64,000 bases of DNA. Source: Candidatus Latescibacterota bacterium. Lineage in GTDB: Bacteria; Krumholzibacteriota; Krumholzibacteriia; WVZY01; JAKEHA01. The notes under the pieces were generated by a model. The model was not told the DNA's origin. It did no database searches and saw only the letters and a program-made list of their open reading frames with translations. A program made the position numbers and the translations under genes. Positions 8,846 to 21,645 of this stretch are shown one piece after another (position 1 is the stretch's first letter; each line of letters begins with the position of its first letter). The stretch spans positions 3,072,001-3,136,000 of the forward strand of contig OY970173.1 of assembly GCA_963707635.1 (NCBI GenBank), written 5' to 3'.

Positions 8846-10024
8846 CTACACGCGCTGGAACACCCCCGCAACTCCCATGCCGCCACCCACGCACATGGTC
8901 ACGATGCCATATTCCACACCGCGGCGGTGCATTTCGTAAAGCAGAGTTGTCGAGAGCTTGGCCCCCGTGCACCCGAGCGGATGCCCGAGCGCGATCGCCC
9001 CGCCGTTCACGTTGAGCTGGTCGTCGCGCAGGCCGAGGTCTTTCTGGACATAGACGGCCTGCGAGGCGAAGGCTTCGTTCAGCTCGACCAGGCCGATCTC
9101 GCCCAGCGTGAGGTTGGCCTGCTTGAGCACTCTGGGCACGGCGAGCGCGGGGCCGATGCCCATCAGCTCGGGCTCCACGCCGGCGGTCGCAAAGGCGATG
9201 AGCCGCCCCTTGGGCTTGAGCTTGAGTTCCTTCATCACGTCTTCCGAGACCAGCACCAGCGCCGAGGCACCGTCGTTCATCGGCGAGGAGTTACCGGCGG
9301 TCACGGTGCCGCCGTTTCGAAACACCGGTTTGAGCGCGGCGAGGGCTTCGAGCGAGGTGTCGGTCCGCACGCCCTCGTCCACGGCGAACTCGATCGCGCG
9401 CGACTCGACCTTGTTCTTCGCGTTGATCGTCTTTTCCACGACCGGCACCGGCACGATCTCGCTCTTGAACTTCCCTTCGGCGATGGCGGCCGCCGCGCGC
9501 TGGTGCGATCGCAGCGCGAACTTGTCCTGCTCCTCGCGGGTGATCTTGTACTTCGCGGCGACGTTCTCCGCGGTGTTGCCCATGCTGATGTACGCGGCGG
9601 GCATGTTCGTCATTAGAGAAGGATTGGGCGACGGCTTGTTGCCGCTCATCGGGATCATGCTCATGCTCTCGACCCCGCCGGCCACCACCACGTCCACCTC
9701 GCCGAGACGGATGCGGGCGGTCGCCGCGTGGATGGCTTCCAGGCCCGACGCGCAGAAGCGGTTCACGGTCACACCCGAGGTGGTGATCGGGAGTCCCGCG
9801 CGCAGGACGGCGAGCCGCGCCACGTTCAGGCCCTGCTCGCCTTCGGGCATCGCGCAGCCCAGGACCACGTCTTCGACGCGCGCCGGGTCCAGACCCTTCG
9901 CGCGCGCGATCGCCTCCTGGATGACGAGCGCCGCCAGCTCGTCCGGGCGTGTGTTGCGCAGAACGCCCTTGAACGCGCGCCCGACGGGTGTGCGGACCGC
10001 CGATATGATATAGGCGTCTCTCAT
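8846..10024 (-). CDS. fadA: Acetyl-CoA C-acyltransferase (thiolase)
   Basis: 'NRFCASG', 'NEAFA', '[14 protein letters not shown]', 'MCVGGGMG'; start [13 protein letters not shown] at 10024. Confidence 0.95.
   Translation of the reverse strand: MRDAYIISAVRTPVGRAFKGVLRNTRPDELAALVIQEAIARAKGLDPARVEDVVLGCAMPEGEQGLNVARLAVLRAGLPITTSGVTVNRFCASGLEAIHAATARIRLGEVDVVVAGGVESMSMIPMSGNKPSPNPSLMTNMPAAYISMGNTAENVAAKYKITREEQDKFALRSHQRAAAAIAEGKFKSEIVPVPVVEKTINAKNKVESRAIEFAVDEGVRTDTSLEALAALKPVFRNGGTVTAGNSSPMNDGASALVLVSEDVMKELKLKPKGRLIAFATAGVEPELMGIGPALAVPRVLKQANLTLGEIGLVELNEAFASQAVYVQKDLGLRDDQLNVNGGAIALGHPLGCTGAKLSTTLLYEMHRRGVEYGIVTMCVGGGMGVAGVFQRV
9924..10012. repeat. 89-bp exact direct repeat, copy in thiolase 5' coding region
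   Basis: Identical to 11929-12017; similarity continues with a few mismatches to both ATGs. Confidence 0.95.
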
Positions 10025-10049
10025 AGTGCCGCTCTTGAGACCCGACTCC

Positions 10050-12029
10050 TCACAAACCGAAACCACATTGGGCCGGCAATACGAACAAATCCTCATCAGC
10101 TACATAGACATACGATCCAACGACCGTGACAGCATTCGCAGCTCTAGGCGTGGTGGAACTCCCGATAATCCTCGGCAACCTTGGCAACGCTACGCTGATC
10201 ACATGAACGCCAAATTCTCCGTCCGCCACATAGGCGTATGATCCCGCGACTGACACGCCGAGTGCCGTACCCGGCGTGTCGACATTGCCAACAATCATCG
10301 GCAGCGAAGGCGATTTCACATCGATCACCTGTAGACCAAATTCTCCGTCCGCCACATAGGCGTATGTTCCCACGACTGACACGCCGAGCGCCGAACCTGG
10401 AGTATCGACACTACCAATGATCGCCGGCGACATCGGCGACGTCACATCAATCACTTGCAGACCAGCCTCGCTGTCGGCGACGTAGACGTACGACCCAACC
10501 GAGAACAAACCGATGGCTAATCCTGGAGTATCGACGTGCCCAATGACGGTGGGTAACGATGGGGATCTGATATCGATCACGTGTAGGCCGAGCGACCCAT
10601 CGGCAACGTAAGCGTGCGCCCCCGCGACAGTCACTGCACGTGCGTCGGACGGCGTGTCGACGCTCCCGGCGATGAGCGGCGAGGCCGGAGAAGTAACATC
10701 AATCACCTGCAAACCTGTGTAACCATCCGCAACGTACGCGTAAGACCCATTCACAGCCACCCCGTTCGCCATGGCCGGTGTGACGACTCCGCCGACCACA
10801 ACAGGCGACAGGGGCGAAGTTACGTCAATAACTTTCAGCCCAGAGAATGGACCGTCTACCAGGTAGGCGTACCGCCCTTCCACCACCACACCAACGGCAA
10901 TACCCGGAGTATCGATACCGCCACCAGCAACAGGCTGCGCTGGCGTCGTCACATCGACAATCTTCATCCCGGAGTAGTGGTCCGCCACGTAGGCGTACGA
11001 CCCAGCTACCGTCACGCCTATCGCGCGGTCTGGGGTATCGACACTCCCGACGATCACGGGTGAAGTTGGTATTGAGAGGTCGATCACCTGAAGACCGGAC
11101 TCGTAGTCCGCAACGTACGCACGCGACCCGACAATCGCCATTCGAATCGCCGAGCTCGGTGTATCGACACCCCCTACGATTACCGGCGAGGCAGGCACCG
11201 AGACGTCGATTACATGTACACCAGACTCATTGTCCGCCAAATACACATAGGTCCCGACGATGGCCACGTCATGTGCAAAACTTGGCGTGTCGACGCTACC
11301 AATGATCCTCGGCAATGAAGGGTTTGTGATATCAACAACCTTGAAACCACCAAAAGCGTTAGCCACATAAGCGTATGCACCACTCACCGCCACGCCATCC
11401 GCGCCGTAGAACATATCGATGCTACCGACAATCACCGGCGAGCCGGGTGAACCAATGTCGAGAATCACAAGGCCATAGCTGTTTGTCACGTAGGCATAGG
11501 ATCCCACGACCGTTACGTAGTTCACCTCGGGCAGTACTGCGACATTTCCCACAATCTCCGGCGAAAATGGCGAGGCAACATCCACCACATGCAAGCCGGC
11601 GAACCCCCCCGCCACATAGGCGTACGAACCCATGATCGCCACCGCGTACGCTCCACGCGGCATGGCGACACTCCCCACAATTGTCGGTGACGAGCCTATC
11701 GATATGTCGACCACCTGAAGGCCAGACGTCATGTCAGCGACAAACGCGTACGATCCCACTACTGTCACGTCATACGCTCTGTCCGGTGTGTCCACGCCGC
11801 CTAGGAGACGCATATGGTTCGCATAGTTGACGCAGCCACTTTCATCTGGCTTCGATGGCGTACCCGTGACGCTGTCGCTGTCACATCCACCCCACGGTAC
11901 AGTCGCCAGCGCCAGGACAGCTCCGGCCACGAGCGCCGCCAGCTCGTCCGGGCGTGTGTTGCGCAGAACGCCCTTGAACGCGCGCCCGACGGGTGTGCGG
12001 ACCGCCGATATGATATACGCGTTTTTCAT
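10050..12029 (-). CDS. LVIVD-repeat beta-propeller (lipo)protein whose first ~34 aa are a copy of the thiolase N-terminus
   Basis: About 14 repeats of '[16 protein letters not shown]...GLQVIDV..P.SP.IVG'; N-terminus [34 protein letters not shown] followed by [15 protein letters not shown]; visibly more AT-rich than the flanks. Confidence 0.88.
   Translation of the reverse strand: MKNAYIISAVRTPVGRAFKGVLRNTRPDELAALVAGAVLALATVPWGGCDSDSVTGTPSKPDESGCVNYANHMRLLGGVDTPDRAYDVTVVGSYAFVADMTSGLQVVDISIGSSPTIVGSVAMPRGAYAVAIMGSYAYVAGGFAGLHVVDVASPFSPEIVGNVAVLPEVNYVTVVGSYAYVTNSYGLVILDIGSPGSPVIVGSIDMFYGADGVAVSGAYAYVANAFGGFKVVDITNPSLPRIIGSVDTPSFAHDVAIVGTYVYLADNESGVHVIDVSVPASPVIVGGVDTPSSAIRMAIVGSRAYVADYESGLQVIDLSIPTSPVIVGSVDTPDRAIGVTVAGSYAYVADHYSGMKIVDVTTPAQPVAGGGIDTPGIAVGVVVEGRYAYLVDGPFSGLKVIDVTSPLSPVVVGGVVTPAMANGVAVNGSYAYVADGYTGLQVIDVTSPASPLIAGSVDTPSDARAVTVAGAHAYVADGSLGLHVIDIRSPSLPTVIGHVDTPGLAIGLFSVGSYVYVADSEAGLQVIDVTSPMSPAIIGSVDTPGSALGVSVVGTYAYVADGEFGLQVIDVKSPSLPMIVGNVDTPGTALGVSVAGSYAYVADGEFGVHVISVALPRLPRIIGSSTTPRAANAVTVVGSYVYVADEDLFVLPAQCGFGL
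11929..12017. repeat. 89-bp exact direct repeat, copy forming the 5' end of the LVIVD gene
   Basis: Identical to 9924-10012. Confidence 0.95.
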
Positions 12030-12046
12030 GGCATTGCCTAATGGGC

Positions 12047-13492
12047 TCAATTGATATAGCCCAGCGAGCGCAGCTTCTCCAGCGCCTCGCGGTCCGTGCT
12101 TTCGAACATGAAGTACTCCTTCGACGTTTGCATCTTCGCGAAGGACTTCCCGAGCACGGCCATCAGGTCGCGCTGCACGTCGGGCTGCTGCTCGGCCAGA
12201 TTAGTCTCCTCTGCCGGGTCGCGCGCCAGGTTGTACAGCTCGGTGCCGCGGTTCTCGTTCCAGATCAACTTCTCGTCCGGCGCACGCACGCAGCGCATGC
12301 GGTAGTCGATCGTTTTCCAGTCGTAGCCCGGGTAACGCCCCTGCAGCAGCTTGATGCCCACCACCGGCCGCTCGTTCCCGGCCAGAATGAAGTCCTCCGC
12401 TGCGCGGCCCTTGCGCGCGAGGCTCGTCGTCTCCGGGCGCAGGAGGGGCGCCCGGTCCGCCGCGCCGCACAGGTCGAGCACGGTGGGGGCGAGGTCGACG
12501 ATGCTGACGAGCCCGTCCACGCGCGTCCCTGCGGGGAACCCACGCGGGTAGCAGATCACGAGCGGGATGTGCAGCCCGGCGTCGTACATCGTGCTCATGT
12601 GGTCGATCTTGCCCTTCTCGCCCAGGTGCTCGCCGTGGTCGGAAGTCACGATGACAATCGTGTCGTCCAGAACCCCCGAGCGCTCGAGCGCGTCGACGAC
12701 CTCGCCCACCAGCGCGTCGGCCCACGCCACCTCGGCGTCGTAGAGGTCGTTGAGGATCCGGTAGTCCGTCTGGTCGAGCGGCATCTCGCCCACCAGGTGT
12801 CCCCACCCCGACTGTATCCCTGCCAGCTGGCGCACCCGCGCGAGGTTGTAACCCTTGCCGGCGAGAAAGCGCGAGGCGTACGGTTCCGCGGGAGTGTATG
12901 GGAGGTGCACGCCGTTGAGGTTGGCGAAAAGGAAGAATGGCTTGTCATCGTTCGCCGCGGACGTGATCCACGCCACCATGCGGTCGACGGTGAAGGTCTC
13001 CATCGAACCCCTGGTCGTGTCCGCGCCGGCACGGTTCTCCGCGCGCCACATCTCGAGAAATTCCTGGAACCCCTGGCCGAACCCGCGTTCCTTCGACACC
13101 CAGCTGTTGCACACGAAGCCCGCCGTGCGGTACCCGGCGTCGCTCAACGCTTCGGCCACCGTGAGGTTCTGATCCGGCAGGTGGAGGGTTTCCGAGGTTG
13201 CGCCGGCCTGGACGGGGTGCAGCCCGGTGAAGAGCGACGCGTGCGCCGGCAGCGTCCAGAAGCACGTGCTGAACGCGCGCGAGTACATCGCACCGCGGGC
13301 CGCGAGCGCGTCGATGCGCGGAGTGGTCTCGCGACCGTAGCCGGCGCACGAGAGCCGGTCGCCGCGGAGCGTATCGAGCACGAGCAAGACGACGTTGGGT
13401 TTGTGCGCACGCTCGCAGCCGGAAAGCCCGAAGGCAACGCAGGCCACGGCCAGCGCCGCGTGGAGAAGCAAATGACGATGCACCTTCGACAC
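12047..13492 (-). CDS. Sulfatase-like hydrolase lipoprotein (alkaline phosphatase superfamily)
   Basis: Lipobox LSGC, 'LLVLDTLRGD', 'WTLPAHASLFTG', 'TSDHGE', 'ELYNLARDPAE', C-terminal 'LRSLGY'. Confidence 0.88.
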   Translation of the reverse strand: MSKVHRHLLLHAALAVACVAFGLSGCERAHKPNVVLLVLDTLRGDRLSCAGYGRETTPRIDALAARGAMYSRAFSTCFWTLPAHASLFTGLHPVQAGATSETLHLPDQNLTVAEALSDAGYRTAGFVCNSWVSKERGFGQGFQEFLEMWRAENRAGADTTRGSMETFTVDRMVAWITSAANDDKPFFLFANLNGVHLPYTPAEPYASRFLAGKGYNLARVRQLAGIQSGWGHLVGEMPLDQTDYRILNDLYDAEVAWADALVGEVVDALERSGVLDDTIVIVTSDHGEHLGEKGKIDHMSTMYDAGLHIPLVICYPRGFPAGTRVDGLVSIVDLAPTVLDLCGAADRAPLLRPETTSLARKGRAAEDFILAGNERPVVGIKLLQGRYPGYDWKTIDYRMRCVRAPDEKLIWNENRGTELYNLARDPAEETNLAEQQPDVQRDLMAVLGKSFAKMQTSKEYFMFESTDREALEKLRSLGYIN

Positions 13493-13503
13493 CTTTCGTC
13501 CGC

Positions 13504-15900
<2,397 letters not shown>

Positions 15901-15989
15901 TGGAAACTCCTTATGCCGTCACAAACTGGCAGCGTTTAACCTATACGCAGGTGGAGCCGGCATTGTCAATTGCGGGGACGCCTCGCCCG

Positions 15990-16005
15990 GGGCACACTCT
16001 TTGCC
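15990..16005 (+). promoter_or_regulatory. Candidate sigma54 -24/-12 element GGGCAC-ACTCT-TTGCC
   Basis: GG-N10-GC spacing, intergenic, about 90 bp upstream of the NlpC/P60 gene. Confidence 0.4.
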
Positions 16006-16094
16006 AACCATGTGGATGGAAGCGCGTTACGTGGACGGGAATCCTCCGCATGCGCTGCAACAATCGGACCACGCAGAGAAACGACGAGGAATCG

Positions 16095-16640
16095 ATGGAA
16101 ACGCGGCGGACGAAGCGTGAATCGGCCCTCATTATAGTAGCCATCGCGGCGCTGTCGCTGCCCGCGTGCTCGAGCTCGCCACGCTTCACCGGCCACCCGG
16201 GTACAGTCGACATCGAGAGGCGAGAGGGCACCGACACGTCTCAAGACCACGTCGCGCTGCCCGACGATGGCTCGGCTGGCAGCAACGTAGTGCGCGCGGC
16301 GGAGGCGTTCATCGGAACGCCCTATCGTTCCGGCGGCACCACGCAGGAAGGCGTCGACTGCTCGGGTCTCACGCTGGTCGCGTATCAGTCGATCGGCGTC
16401 AAACTTCCCCGCAGCTCCGACGACCAGGCGCGCATCGGCGTCGCCGTCGAGCGCGACGACCTGGCGCCCGGTGATCTCATCTTCTTCGGCAACGGGTCCG
16501 GTTCCATCACGCACGTCGGCATCTACGCCGGCGGAAACGAATTCATCCACGCCTCCACGCGCGCGCGGCGCGTGCGCTTCGACCGCCTCGACAACAAGTA
16601 CTTCCACAATCGATACGTGACGGCACGACGGGTGCTGTAG
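16095..16640 (+). CDS. NlpC/P60 (C40) peptidoglycan endopeptidase lipoprotein
   Basis: Lipobox LPAC, 'GTPYRSGG', 'DCSGL', 'PGDLIFF', 'HVGIY', 'FIHAS'; GAGGA RBS. Confidence 0.93.
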   Translation: METRRTKRESALIIVAIAALSLPACSSSPRFTGHPGTVDIERREGTDTSQDHVALPDDGSAGSNVVRAAEAFIGTPYRSGGTTQEGVDCSGLTLVAYQSIGVKLPRSSDDQARIGVAVERDDLAPGDLIFFGNGSGSITHVGIYAGGNEFIHASTRARRVRFDRLDNKYFHNRYVTARRVL

Positions 16641-16663
16641 CGACAGCGTTCGACGAAGCACGG

Positions 16664-16730
16664 GCGGGTGGCATCGAGCCGGGACCCCCGTCGGCGAAGC
16701 CGCGCGGGGTGGCGAGATGACAGGACCCGC
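16664..16730. repeat. Structured intergenic dispersed repeat, copy A
   Basis: Shares identical 15-bp and 22-bp blocks with 41748-41813; nested stems. Confidence 0.8.
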
Positions 16731-16739
16731 CCCTTTCCG

Positions 16740-18011
16740 TCAGAAACTGTAGCGCACGCGCAGGTACGCGTTGCTGTTGTCTTCGTTCATCCCGAACAGC
16801 GTGCGCGGGTCCTCACCCTGGAAGAGATTCGCGCCCACAGTGAGGTTCAGATCGTCGGTGTAGTCGTAACCCGCCGACAGCCGAAGGTAGGCGTCCTCGT
16901 CGCTCGGCGAGTAGAACGTAAACGCGGACAGCTTGACCGTCTGGTAGCGCAGCATCTGCAGCAGGCGCAGCGTTACCAGCGTGTAGTTCTCGTCCTTCAC
17001 GTACTCGCCCGCGCGGTAGTCCTGCACCCCCTCCCAGTAGAACTGCGCGCCCGCGGTGAAGTCGCTCCACCACTGCCGTTCGTACCCGGTCATCGCCCGC
17101 GCCTCGGAATTCGGCACGTACGGGTCGGTGCCCTCGCGGTCCGCGGCTGAGTCGTACCAGCCCCCTTCGGCCCACGCGACACCGCCGAACAACGTGCCGC
17201 GCACGCTGGCGCCGTAGACGCGCAGCTCCGGGTAGTAGAAATACTGCCCGCTGCCGGCAAGCGTATCCGGGGGCGCGAACCCGAACGGCGACTTCCAGAA
17301 CCCGTGGTAACCGTAGAACGCCAGATTCGCCGGCCCCACGTCGCGACTCAGGCGCAGCGCGACCTCCCCGTTTTCCACCTGCTGCTCCGGCTCCACCACC
17401 GGCGCGTACGCCGGCGTCCAGAACACGAGGCGTTCCCCGGTCGGCAGAATGTTGGGCCCGAACACCGGCGTGTACACGAGATCGATCGCGAGCGGAAGCC
17501 CAAACCACCCCAGCCGCAACGCGTCGGACGGCCCCTTGAGGTACTGATCCTCGCGACCGATGAAGAAGCTCACGTAGTCCTTCGGAAAGAGATCGTTGAT
17601 GAAGAGCAGGTCGCCCGTTCCCCACGTGGTGGGCTGACGCCCGGCGCGCACTTCCAGATGGTCGCCGAAGGCGTTGAACATCGTCCACGCTTCGCGCAGC
17701 AGGACGCTGGTGCCGTCGTCCGCGACCTGGTCGGCGAGCACGTCCGCCACGAAATGGCCTTCGGCTCCGCTTCCGTAGAGATCGCTCTTTAGCTGAAGGC
17801 GCGCTTCCTGCAGCAGAAAGTCCTGGCCGCCGCTCCACGCCGGCGGCAGCGTGGACGGATTGCCCCACTCCGGGGGCGGCGGGCCGACCTCGTGGAGCCG
17901 CAGCCCGCCGGCTGCTTCGATGAAGCCGTGCAGCTCGAACTGCGCGGCCGCTGGAACCGCGTTCGCGAGCAGGACGGCCGCGATGGCAAGCAGGCGCTGG
18001 TGTTTGACCAT
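16740..18011 (-). CDS. Putative outer-membrane beta-barrel (DUF1302-like)
   Basis: Signal peptide, 'LREAW', 'GRQPTTWGTGDL', alternating aromatic strands, terminal 'YLRVRYSF'. Confidence 0.75.
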   Translation of the reverse strand: MVKHQRLLAIAAVLLANAVPAAAQFELHGFIEAAGGLRLHEVGPPPPEWGNPSTLPPAWSGGQDFLLQEARLQLKSDLYGSGAEGHFVADVLADQVADDGTSVLLREAWTMFNAFGDHLEVRAGRQPTTWGTGDLLFINDLFPKDYVSFFIGREDQYLKGPSDALRLGWFGLPLAIDLVYTPVFGPNILPTGERLVFWTPAYAPVVEPEQQVENGEVALRLSRDVGPANLAFYGYHGFWKSPFGFAPPDTLAGSGQYFYYPELRVYGASVRGTLFGGVAWAEGGWYDSAADREGTDPYVPNSEARAMTGYERQWWSDFTAGAQFYWEGVQDYRAGEYVKDENYTLVTLRLLQMLRYQTVKLSAFTFYSPSDEDAYLRLSAGYDYTDDLNLTVGANLFQGEDPRTLFGMNEDNSNAYLRVRYSF

Positions 18012-18021
18012 GCGGGTTCCC

Positions 18022-18831
18022 CTACTGAGCGATGTATTCCCGCGGCGGGCTCTTGAGGTACCGCTCGCTGAAGATATCCACGCTGATCCCCTGGTCGTAG
18101 TCGATGCTGCTGAACACGATCAGCGTGCTGTTCTCCTTGCGCGGGGTCGTCATGCGGCGTTCGATGGCGGTGGGGTACCCATCGGCTGTTTCGACCTTCA
18201 GCACCTCGAGGATCTTGAGCGGGGCGTCCTTGGCGTCGAAATACTCCTCGCGGACGATGAGCTTCGTCGCCTTGTCGATCCAGGTGAGCTTGCGCGCGAA
18301 GTAATCACTGCTCTTCGGCGTGCTTTCGATGACCCAGGTCTGGTAGCCGCCTTTTTCCTCTTCGCGCACGAACTTGTGGGCGTCTTCGCTCCAGTGCCGG
18401 CCCGAGACGTCCTCGTACGCAAAGTCGCTCCCCACGAAGCTGCTCTTCTTGTCGCTGGCCGAGAGGGGCTTCACCAGGTCGAGGGATGGAACGTAGATCC
18501 AGCGCGCGTCGTCGCCGACAGGGTTCTTCCACGCCATAAACGTGGTGCGGCGCACGTCGGCGGGCTCGAAGAAGTACACGTAGTAGCGCTGCTCGCCGCC
18601 CTCGGACAGGTCCTTGCGCAGGATGACAAAGTCGCGCACGCGCGTCTTGCCGTTCTTGTCGCTGATGGTCATCTTGACCCGCGCCGAGCCGTCTTCGCCG
18701 GCGTAGTACATGTTGAGGTGCGCCTCCTTCATGAGCGCCTCCGCGTCGGGGCCCTGGGCGCGCGCGGGCGCCGGGGCGGCCCCAACGGTCAAACCGAAGA
18801 CGGCCAGAGCCAGAACAGACCTTTTCTTCAT
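18022..18831 (-). CDS. LolA-like outer-membrane lipoprotein-sorting protein
   Basis: 'FFEPADVRRTTF', 'RWIYVPSL', 'SFVGSDFAYED', 'IFSERYL'. Confidence 0.88.
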   Translation of the reverse strand: MKKRSVLALAVFGLTVGAAPAPARAQGPDAEALMKEAHLNMYYAGEDGSARVKMTISDKNGKTRVRDFVILRKDLSEGGEQRYYVYFFEPADVRRTTFMAWKNPVGDDARWIYVPSLDLVKPLSASDKKSSFVGSDFAYEDVSGRHWSEDAHKFVREEEKGGYQTWVIESTPKSSDYFARKLTWIDKATKLIVREEYFDAKDAPLKILEVLKVETADGYPTAIERRMTTPRKENSTLIVFSSIDYDQGISVDIFSERYLKSPPREYIAQ

Positions 18832-18837
18832 GATGGG

Positions 18838-21201
18838 TTACCTCCTGGCAGCCGCGGATGCGGCCGCGTTCGTGACTGAATCGTCGCCCGACGCGTGGCG
18901 CCGTCTCCCCGAAATCACACGCGCGGGAAAATACGAAAGCGCCGCCGGCATGATCAGAAACGTGGCGCCGCCGCTGATCAGCATGATGGCAAAGAAGAAC
19001 GCGCCCACCGTGACGTACGGCACCAGGGTCGAGAAGAACATGGGCACGAAGCCGAACGCGATCACGACGATGTTGCGCGCCAGCGCCTGCGCGGGTTCGT
19101 GGAAGAAGACGTTCAACGCGCGGTCGAAGTTCTCGTTGTTGTGGCGATAGATGTCGCGTATCCGCTGCAAGAAATGAATGGCGAAGTCAACCGACAGCCC
19201 CAGCGAGAGACTGCTCAACACTGCGATGGGCATGTCGTAGTTGCGGCCGCTGAGCCCCACCCATCCGTAGGTGACGAGGATCGTCGCTGTCAGCGGCACC
19301 ATGGCGAGAAGCCCCATCCGCAGACTGCGGAAGAGGCCGATCATCATGAGCAGCACGACCACCCACGATCCGGCCAGCGACTTGCCCATGCCGCTCACCA
19401 TGAGCTGCTGCCATTTCACGTTGATGTAGCTCAGGCCCGCCCATCGGATCTCCAGCCCCGGCGGCGGCGGGTTCTGCGCGACCCACGTGTTCACGCCGTC
19501 GACCACCGCGCGCACGCGCCGGTTGTCGCCGTTGCGCATCTGGATCCAGATGTTGATGCGGTCTTGGCCCGGCGTGATGAACTTGAAGAGGTCGTCGGGC
19601 GACCCTCCGCTCATCTCGTAGAGAAAGAGATACTGCGCGATCTTCTCGCGCGTGTCGGCGAGGGCCGCACTGCCCGGCTCGCGGTTGAGGAGCTCGTACT
19701 GGACCTTCTTGAGCACGTCCACCACCGAGCTGGCCGCGCCGACGTTCGGCTGTCCGCCTATCTCTGTCTGGAGCCGTTCCGCCCAACGCATCCACGCAGG
19801 ATCGAGGAAGGCGCCGTCCTCGGAGCCGGCCAGCTCCACGTACGCGAGGTACGTCCCCGGCAGGTGTTCGTTCATCACCCGGTCGGCTACCCGCAACGGG
19901 CTTCCCGGCTTGAACCAGTTCACCGGATTGTCGTTCACCACTATGCGCGTGACGCCATAGCCCGCGACCAGCATGACGACGCTGACCGCGACGAGCAGGG
20001 GCACGCGGCGGCGAACGGCGAAGTGGCGGATCTTGTGGAGATGCGTCTCGGGGGCGGCGTCGCCCTCGTGCACGTGACCGAACTTGTCCAGCACCGAGGG
20101 CGGCATCAGCATCGCGTACGCCGGAATGAACAGGAGGGAAAGCAGCCACGCCACCAGCACTCCGAATGCGACAAACGCGCCGAAGACCTGCACGGGGGGG
20201 ATGGGGGTCATGACCAGGGACGCGAAGCCCACGACGGTGGTAAGCGAGGTGAACGCCATGGGCAGGAACAACTCGCGCATCGTGTGATGGAGTGTCTGCG
20301 CCATGCTCTCATGCTGGCGGTAATTTGCGTGCACGGAGCTCAGAATGTGGATGCTGTTGAGCACCGCGATCGGAATGAGAAAGATGGGTATCATCGAGCT
20401 CATGATGTGGACGGTGTACCCCATCCCGATCAGCAGCCCCATGGTCCAGATCACGGTGATCATGGAGAGGATCATGGGCGCGAGAACCACCCTCCAGCGC
20501 CGGAAGAAGAACAGCATTAGCAGGAAGATGAGGAGGAACGCCAGCGGCGCCGAGACGGCCATCTGCTGGAACATGGCGGCCCCGAACGTGTCCTGCGCCA
20601 CCGGGAGCCCGGCAAGGTAATAACGCTCGGCGCCGTGATCCCGGTCGATGATTGCCTGGACCTGCTGACCGACCTCCATCGCTTCGTCTTTGCTCTCGAG
20701 CGGGATGAAAAGGGCGAGCGCCTTGCCGTCGTCCGAGGCGAGTTTGCCGCGGAGAATCGGATTCTCGTTGATCTGAACGAGGATCCTGCGCGCGTCTGCT
20801 TCGGTTTCGGGCACGGTCTCCATGAGCGTCTGGACGCGAATACCGCCGCCTTCCCCCGGCAGAATGTCGTCCACTTCGCTCGGCGCGAGAATGTCGTCTG
20901 CGATGACGCCGTCCATTTCGCGCAGCGCTGCGGTGATGGTCTGCACTCGCTGCAGGATCTCGGGAGTGAACACCGTGCGTTCGTCCACGATGCCCAGCAC
21001 GAGGAAGTCTTTCAGGTTGAATGCCGCCTCGACTTCGCGGTGAATCACGCGCACGGGCTCGTCGGCTGGTAGCATGTTCTCCGGATCTGTATCGATCTTG
21101 ATCCTGGGGAGCTGCGCCGCCGCCACCGCCGTGAGCAGCCCGACGATGACCATTACGAGCTTCGGGTGACGGATCGGGAATCCCGGGAATAGTCGCGTCA
21201 T
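18838..21201 (-). CDS. MMPL family (RND superfamily) transporter
   Basis: Two repeats of a periplasmic domain plus TM bundle; 'TSLTTVVGFASL', 'GLSVDFAIHFL'; ATG 21201. Confidence 0.9.
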   Translation of the reverse strand: MTRLFPGFPIRHPKLVMVIVGLLTAVAAAQLPRIKIDTDPENMLPADEPVRVIHREVEAAFNLKDFLVLGIVDERTVFTPEILQRVQTITAALREMDGVIADDILAPSEVDDILPGEGGGIRVQTLMETVPETEADARRILVQINENPILRGKLASDDGKALALFIPLESKDEAMEVGQQVQAIIDRDHGAERYYLAGLPVAQDTFGAAMFQQMAVSAPLAFLLIFLLMLFFFRRWRVVLAPMILSMITVIWTMGLLIGMGYTVHIMSSMIPIFLIPIAVLNSIHILSSVHANYRQHESMAQTLHHTMRELFLPMAFTSLTTVVGFASLVMTPIPPVQVFGAFVAFGVLVAWLLSLLFIPAYAMLMPPSVLDKFGHVHEGDAAPETHLHKIRHFAVRRRVPLLVAVSVVMLVAGYGVTRIVVNDNPVNWFKPGSPLRVADRVMNEHLPGTYLAYVELAGSEDGAFLDPAWMRWAERLQTEIGGQPNVGAASSVVDVLKKVQYELLNREPGSAALADTREKIAQYLFLYEMSGGSPDDLFKFITPGQDRINIWIQMRNGDNRRVRAVVDGVNTWVAQNPPPPGLEIRWAGLSYINVKWQQLMVSGMGKSLAGSWVVVLLMMIGLFRSLRMGLLAMVPLTATILVTYGWVGLSGRNYDMPIAVLSSLSLGLSVDFAIHFLQRIRDIYRHNNENFDRALNVFFHEPAQALARNIVVIAFGFVPMFFSTLVPYVTVGAFFFAIMLISGGATFLIMPAALSYFPARVISGRRRHASGDDSVTNAAASAAARR

Positions 21202-21238
21202 GGTCGGGTTCGCTTTCTTTGTTTGCGCGATCGTCGTG

Positions 21239-21499
21239 TCAGCGCGCCGTCGTGGCGGCCTTCGCGTCGCGTCGCGCTTCCAGCCGGCGGAATATGATCT
21301 CGGCCGGACAGAAGTTGGTGAAGCTCGATTGCACAAGATTGACGCCGACGAAGCCGGTAAGCACAAACCACCAGGGGCTCACCTTCCACGCGAGAAGGAG
21401 CGAGACGAGAACCAGCGTGCCCGCCAAACGCCTCACCATGCGTTCGGGCCACGAGAGCTTTGCGCAAACAGCGGCACCGCTTCCGGAATATGAGTCCAC
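21239..21499 (-). CDS. DUF2892/YgaP-like membrane protein
   Basis: 'ERMVRRLAG', 'GFVGVNLVQSSFTNFCPAE'; GAGGA RBS before GTG. Confidence 0.88.
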   Translation of the reverse strand: MDSYSGSGAAVCAKLSWPERMVRRLAGTLVLVSLLLAWKVSPWWFVLTGFVGVNLVQSSFTNFCPAEIIFRRLEARRDAKAATTAR

Positions 21500-21573
21500 G
21501 TTTTCCTCCTTGAATTCCTCCGACGGGACTTGCCATCCCGCGCCAACAGGACATATTGTAGAGAGAACTTCGC

Positions 21574-21624
21574 TATATGAATATATGCTTTAGTAGTTAT
21601 ATAATAATCCCGACGGTGTGTCAA
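21574..21624 (-). promoter_or_regulatory. Sigma70 promoter TTGACA(21624-21619)-17-TATAAC(21601-21596) with overlapping ATAT-rich ArsR-type operator region
   Basis: Near-consensus elements in an AT-rich island between divergent DUF2892 and ArsR genes. Confidence 0.7.
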
Positions 21625-21645
21625 GCCGTCTCGCCCGGTGGTGTC

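Noticed and set aside
10050..11800. Periodic ~126-bp nucleotide repeats as a possible CRISPR array
   Set aside because: They are degenerate in-frame LVIVD protein repeats, with no constant repeat/unique spacer pattern and no cas genes.
9924..12029. 89-bp repeat pair as a DGR template/variable repeat
   Set aside because: The copies are identical rather than differing at adenines, lie at gene 5' ends, and no reverse transcriptase is present in the window.
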